64,000 nt of DNA from assembly GCA_002898395.1 (NCBI GenBank), contig BEHE01000005.1:1-64000 (forward strand). The letters run 5' to 3'. How positions within the stretch are numbered: the stretch's first letter is position 1; each line of letters begins with the position of its first letter. Below the pieces are notes generated by a model, which was given only the letters and a program-made list of their open reading frames with translations, was not told the origin of the DNA and made no database searches. The position numbers were made by a program, and so were the translations under genes. This DNA comes from Candidatus Calditenuaceae archaeon HR02. GTDB lineage: Archaea; Thermoproteota; Nitrososphaeria_A; Caldarchaeales; Calditenuaceae. This document shows, one piece after another, positions 59,623 to 64,000 of the stretch.

Positions 59623-61034
59623 CTCTTCACGAGGTGTCTGACCGGTGTAGCTATTCCCTCGAGGAAGTTTTTCAGAAACGCGCTAAAACCCTCGTTCTGC
59701 CTGATTCTTTCGATTAGGCCACTATGGCTAGTCAGTATCTCGGCATTAATCAACCTGTCTACCAACTCGCGCGAGATGGCTACTTGCCCCTTCCTAACCC
59801 ACTCTCTCAAGAGTTCATCTGCCTTAACGTGTCTCCTCCTGAATAGGGCGTAGAGTCTTTCACCATCCACCCAGGGGCCAGCGGCCCTATCCTCCCTGCT
59901 GAGCGTCTTTCTCACAAAGTCTACAGCGTTGTCCAGCCAGACTGGTGGGCCTACTCGCAGCCCGAGTGATGGAAGGGAGAGGCTTGAGAGCTCATAGAGG
60001 AGGAGGACTTCGCCGCCCGACTGGGCAGCCGCTGATCTATAGACTTGGAAACCCTCCTTCAAAAGCCGCCTGGAGACACCCTTCATAGTGTGCTTAATCT
60101 CCCCCCATAGTATGTCAGGGGGTTTCTCCCCCGCCCGGAAGATAATTCCCAAAAGCTCATGGGAACTGCTCGTCTCCGCTTCTCCCTCGGACGGCTTCGC
60201 GGCCTCCGGCATGAAGTATCCAATACTTGGCTCCCTCAAGAAGAGCTTGGAAGCTAGGATCAGTTCTGCAAGCCTAGTTCTGCTCACCGCGGCCGCCACG
60301 TTGCGGGAGGGGTCTACAGGGTCGGGGAATATCAGAGGAGCGTTGGGGAAGAGCTTGGATGCGTCTTCACGCCTGACTCTACCTGTCAAATCCACAAAAG
60401 CTGGTATCTGCCACTTCGCGGTGCTCTTCAACAAGTCAACGAATCCCCCGTGACTAATGACTAGGAGCTCGGAGAGATATCCGCTGAAGCCCTCAACCCT
60501 GATTTCCGCCCCATATAGTCCGCAGCCCAACAAGAAACCCTTGAAGAGGCGTATGTCGCGTCTCAGTTGGGGAGTTATCCGAGACCTTACAAACTCGGTG
60601 TGGTGGTGGGTCCTGTCCACCGCGCTGATCCAGCGACCGGGCTCAGTCTTGAAGCATCCGACGATGTTGACGCGGATGTCCTCAACCGCGCCCTCGACGT
60701 ATGGGTGGCTGGCGTACCTGAGCCAGTGCCTCCCACCGAGCCGCTCGATAACCCTGGGTCCCACACTCAGGATAGTTGATTCGAGCATCTTCTTACCTGC
60801 GCTCGGCGTGAAGTGGACAAAGATGTCAACCTCCTCCCTCCCCCTAACCCATGTATCCTTTGCCACAGACCCCTCTATGGAGACGTCAACCACGCCTTCC
60901 CTTTCTAAGAACTCCTGCCTACAGGCTGAGAGGAGCCTGGCCGCGAGTTCGGAGACGCGTCTCTTCTCAGGCTCGGTGGGCTCGACCAGCTTTGCCGCCT
61001 CTGCTAAAACCTCTTCCAGGGTAGTCAACTCCAT
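59616..61034 (-). CDS. cca: CCA-adding enzyme (class I)
   Basis: GSVAKDTW..EVDIF, YASHPY, SAVDRT, GFSGYL.E, DPVDP.RNVAAA. Confidence 0.95.
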   Translation of the reverse strand: MELTTLEEVLAEAAKLVEPTEPEKRRVSELAARLLSACRQEFLEREGVVDVSIEGSVAKDTWVRGREEVDIFVHFTPSAGKKMLESTILSVGPRVIERLGGRHWLRYASHPYVEGAVEDIRVNIVGCFKTEPGRWISAVDRTHHHTEFVRSRITPQLRRDIRLFKGFLLGCGLYGAEIRVEGFSGYLSELLVISHGGFVDLLKSTAKWQIPAFVDLTGRVRREDASKLFPNAPLIFPDPVDPSRNVAAAVSRTRLAELILASKLFLREPSIGYFMPEAAKPSEGEAETSSSHELLGIIFRAGEKPPDILWGEIKHTMKGVSRRLLKEGFQVYRSAAAQSGGEVLLLYELSSLSLPSLGLRVGPPVWLDNAVDFVRKTLSREDRAAGPWVDGERLYALFRRRHVKADELLREWVRKGQVAISRELVDRLINAEILTSHSGLIERIRQNEGFSAFLKNFLEGIATPVRHLVKRC

Positions 61035-61081
61035 GGTGAGAACCGTTAGACAACTATTTTTAGTCGCCGCGAGACCCGCGT

Positions 61082-62035
61082 TTAGGGGTAGGGGTAGTAG
61101 TATCGATACACGGCCTCAAGGTCCTTGAGTGTAGGGATCATTTCCTGGTCTCCTCTGATGGTCGTGACTAGCGAACCGACTAGAGTAGCCCTCCTCAAAG
61201 AGTCAAACAGGTTTCGGCCCGCCATCTGGCATGCCAGGAACGTCCCGGCCAACCCATCCCCCGCACCTATTGGATCCTCTACGCTGACTTGGACTGCCTC
61301 AGCACGGGCCTTCTCGCTTCCAGAGGAGGCAACAGCTCCCCTTTCCCCCAGCTTTACAACTACAGTCTCTATACCGAGGCCCCTGAAGACCTCCAATATC
61401 TTCTCGGGCTCGCTCTCGCCAACCAGAATCTCGGAGTCCGTCGGGTCTGTAAAGAGGAAGTTCGCCTTCTCAATCATCGGCATCAAAACCCTAGCAGCCT
61501 CCTCCAGACTGGCCCATAGGACTGGCCGGATATTAGTATCTATGGAGACTAGCACCCCGTTTTTCTCCGCTAATCGCAGTGCCTTGAGACACGCCTCCCT
61601 TGCCGACTGGCTTAGCGCTGGAGTGATCCCGGTGAAGTGAAGTATTCTCGCGTCCTTGAAAGCCTCCTCCTCGACGTCTTCCGGCGAAAGTCTACTCCCC
61701 GCAGACCCGCGCCTATAATAAAACATGGTGCTCCTCGATGGTATTGGATACCCCCGTTGCACAAAGTAGATTCCAGTGGGAGCCCCAGGATCTGTCTTGA
61801 GCCATCTTGTATCAACCCTCTCAGCTCTCAGCCAAGCCTCGATGTTCCTGCCGAACTCGTCATCACCTACTCTACCTATGAAGGCGGAGCTCCTGCCCAG
61901 TCTGCTCACACAGACCGCCACATTTGCCTCGGCACCTGCGACGTGCTTCTCGAACAATGTAACGTGTCTAAGCGGTCCCCGGGTGAGGGCGTTAAATTGT
62001 ATGAGAGCCTCCCCCATCGCCAACAGCTCAGCCAA
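61082..62035 (-). CDS. kdgK: 2-keto-3-deoxygluconate kinase (PfkB family)
   Basis: AGAEANVA, VGDDEFG, YYR.GSAGS, DTNIRP.LW, DPIGAGD. Confidence 0.88.
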   Translation of the reverse strand: MAELLAMGEALIQFNALTRGPLRHVTLFEKHVAGAEANVAVCVSRLGRSSAFIGRVGDDEFGRNIEAWLRAERVDTRWLKTDPGAPTGIYFVQRGYPIPSRSTMFYYRRGSAGSRLSPEDVEEEAFKDARILHFTGITPALSQSAREACLKALRLAEKNGVLVSIDTNIRPVLWASLEEAARVLMPMIEKANFLFTDPTDSEILVGESEPEKILEVFRGLGIETVVVKLGERGAVASSGSEKARAEAVQVSVEDPIGAGDGLAGTFLACQMAGRNLFDSLRRATLVGSLVTTIRGDQEMIPTLKDLEAVYRYYYPYP

Positions 62036-62933
62036 GCCTACCTACATCCTCCGCCAACTTGTTTATCGGAGCAAGACTCCGGGATAATTGGTCCATCTCC
62101 TCTTGCCGTAGATGTCTTGTGGGCAGTATAGGTGGGCCCATGTCTAGGCCCCTAAGGGTGAGGGCGTAGCGGTAGGAGGCCGTGTCAGGCCCTACACTTC
62201 TCAACAACCGCCTAGCCCTGTTAACCACCAGCTGGAGCCGCAGCGCCTCTGCGCGGTCTTCCCGCTCAACCGCCCTAGAAATTCCTACGGCCAGCTCAGG
62301 ATAGATAGAGGCCAGGGCGCTGACATGGGCCCTGACGCCGATCGAGAAGGCATAATAGAGGAGGTTGTCTCCGCCACATGCTATGAAGTGGCTAGACCCA
62401 AAGCTAGACTGGAGCTCCAGAATCAGGTCAGGGTCTCCGCTGCTATCCTTGACGCCCCGAACCGCAGGGACAAGCTCAAAGAGCCTAGTGATCTCTTGAA
62501 TGCTTATCGGATACCCCTGTCTATTAGGGTTATTGTAGAATAGTAGCGGGAGGTTTAAGGAGGCGCCGAGGGCCGTGTAGAAATTTGCTAGGGACTCCGC
62601 ATCATACCTGTAGTAGTATGGTGCGACTGCGGAAACGGCATCGGCCCCAATATCCTGGGCGTGTTTAGCCAGTCTCGAAGAGGATTCCAGGTCGGAAGAG
62701 CCTACGTGAACTATTTTTAAGAACCTGTTCCCCGCTAGAGCTACTATCTTTTCAGCAACCTTCTCCCTCGCCTGGACCGAGAGCTTCGCTCCCTCACCCA
62801 TCGTCCCTAACATGAAGATTCCAGCCACACCCCTCTCGTGAAGAAACCTCAGATACGCCTCTATGGCTGTATCTTCGACGCCGTTAGGAGTAATGATCGC
62901 GGCTATTACTCCCCTGAACCCTTCTAACTTCAC
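62028..62933 (-). CDS. DHDPS/NAL-family aldolase (KD(P)G aldolase-like)
   Basis: GTMGEG, YNNP, GVKDSSG; coupled to kdgK. Confidence 0.85.
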   Translation of the reverse strand: MKLEGFRGVIAAIITPNGVEDTAIEAYLRFLHERGVAGIFMLGTMGEGAKLSVQAREKVAEKIVALAGNRFLKIVHVGSSDLESSSRLAKHAQDIGADAVSAVAPYYYRYDAESLANFYTALGASLNLPLLFYNNPNRQGYPISIQEITRLFELVPAVRGVKDSSGDPDLILELQSSFGSSHFIACGGDNLLYYAFSIGVRAHVSALASIYPELAVGISRAVEREDRAEALRLQLVVNRARRLLRSVGPDTASYRYALTLRGLDMGPPILPTRHLRQEEMDQLSRSLAPINKLAEDVGRLG

Positions 62934-63047
62934 ACATTTTTTAAGAATCCGGCAGCATAATTATCTTTCGAGTGTGGGGCTATCTGCGAAATTGACCAGT
63001 ATGTCATGAAAGCTTAAATCCGAGTCTAGTGATGGGTCGGTCGGTGG

Positions 63048-63767
63048 TTGACAAAGATCTCGGACCTCTATCTGCGGCTGAGCGCAGTTGAGGTTTTAGC
63101 CTACCTTAGGGAGAGGTATGGATATAAGTCGCTCTCTGAGATGCTGGGCCTCCAAATCTCAATCCTCAGCAGATACATAAACGGCCATGTACTCCCAAAC
63201 ACTGCTAGGGCCGAGAAGATTGTTCGGCTATTCAACGAGTCCCTCCTCTCTGAGATCGTGAAGAAGAGGCTGACCAGGACTGAGGACGGATTCTACGACC
63301 TATCCGCCATTGTAGCAGATGTTGGTCTGCTCCGCCTCATCGCAAAGGTAGTAAGCGCAGAGTTTAACGTTTTCTCAATAAACAAGCTTCTCACAGTAGC
63401 CACTGACGGCATCCCACTCGCTGTCCAAGTTGCGACTGAGCTGAGAGCCGATCTAATAATCGCGAAGAAGAGGAAGGACTTGAATGTAAAGAGCTACCTT
63501 GAGGAGCCAATAAAACGCACGCCCGCCCTCGTAGAGTATCTATACTTACCTAGGCAGGCTTTGAAAAAAAGCGACGTAGTGTTGATTGTCGATGACGTGG
63601 CCCGCAGTGGTGAGACTATCCACGGCATGATACGTATGGTGAACAGGGCCGGTGCGAGGCTGGCCGGGGTGTTCACAATCGTGATGCTTGAGGAGGTGAG
63701 GGAGAAGATTAAACAGCTTCTTCCCCCTTCTGGTGTGTTAAAGAGCCTTGTCACCTTCACTTCTTAG
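63048..63767 (+). CDS. HTH-PRTase (PurR-like) regulator / phosphoribosyltransferase
   Basis: N-terminal HTH (LSRYINGHVLP) plus VLIVDDVARSGET PRPP loop. Confidence 0.88.
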   Translation: MTKISDLYLRLSAVEVLAYLRERYGYKSLSEMLGLQISILSRYINGHVLPNTARAEKIVRLFNESLLSEIVKKRLTRTEDGFYDLSAIVADVGLLRLIAKVVSAEFNVFSINKLLTVATDGIPLAVQVATELRADLIIAKKRKDLNVKSYLEEPIKRTPALVEYLYLPRQALKKSDVVLIVDDVARSGETIHGMIRMVNRAGARLAGVFTIVMLEEVREKIKQLLPPSGVLKSLVTFTS

Positions 63768-63773
63768 GGATTT

Positions 63774-64000
63774 TCAAGCCTCGGTAGAGGGTTGCTGGAT
63801 TGTGACACAGTGAATCCCGCCTAGGCCGTAGAACAGTTCTTTGCAAAAAATCCCGACTACACGTCTATGGGGGAAGCAGTCAGCTAGGATGGCTAGGGCG
63901 GACTCGTCCTCCTCCACGCCAAAGACGGGGACCAAGACGGCAGAGTTGGCAATGTAGAAGTTCAGATAGCTAGCAGGGATGTACTGGTCCAATACCTTAA
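63774..64000 (-). CDS. aguA: Agmatine deiminase, C-terminal part (truncated by the window edge)
   Basis: ASYLNFYIAN, GLGGIHCVT.QQP. Confidence 0.88.
   Translation of the reverse strand, partial: KVLDQYIPASYLNFYIANSAVLVPVFGVEEDESALAILADCFPHRRVVGIFCKELFYGLGGIHCVTIQQPSTEA

Overview
Archaeal chromosomal segment. PolD DP2, Elf1, SmAP3, the exosome/proteasome superoperon and GGGP synthase point to a TACK archaeon, most likely Aigarchaeota/Caldarchaeales (inference). Most of the window is housekeeping: methylcitrate enzymes, queD/queC, ribosomal proteins and rpoD, an ECF transporter, exosome, moaA, topA/rnhA, truD, purA/guaB, polC, mat, nucS, elp3, fixAB(CX), nep1, cca and kdgK/aldolase. It also holds one intron-containing tRNA-Gly with an atypical anticodon loop. 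The short accessory stretches (1-60, 9530-10090, 33930-34620, 48300-50260) are not random. They are dispersed, mostly decayed copies of one module: a ~45-aa CxxC..CPxC zinc-finger microprotein, then a ~290-aa IS110/TasR-like RuvC-coiled-coil-Nop-like protein apparently lacking the IS110 catalytic serine, then a strongly structured 3' RNA-like segment ending in a C/T tract. Two copies lie head-to-head at 48300-50260. This candidate RNA-guided mobile system is the main finding. No CRISPR array or rRNA was seen. All family assignments come from motif recognition by eye, not database searches.
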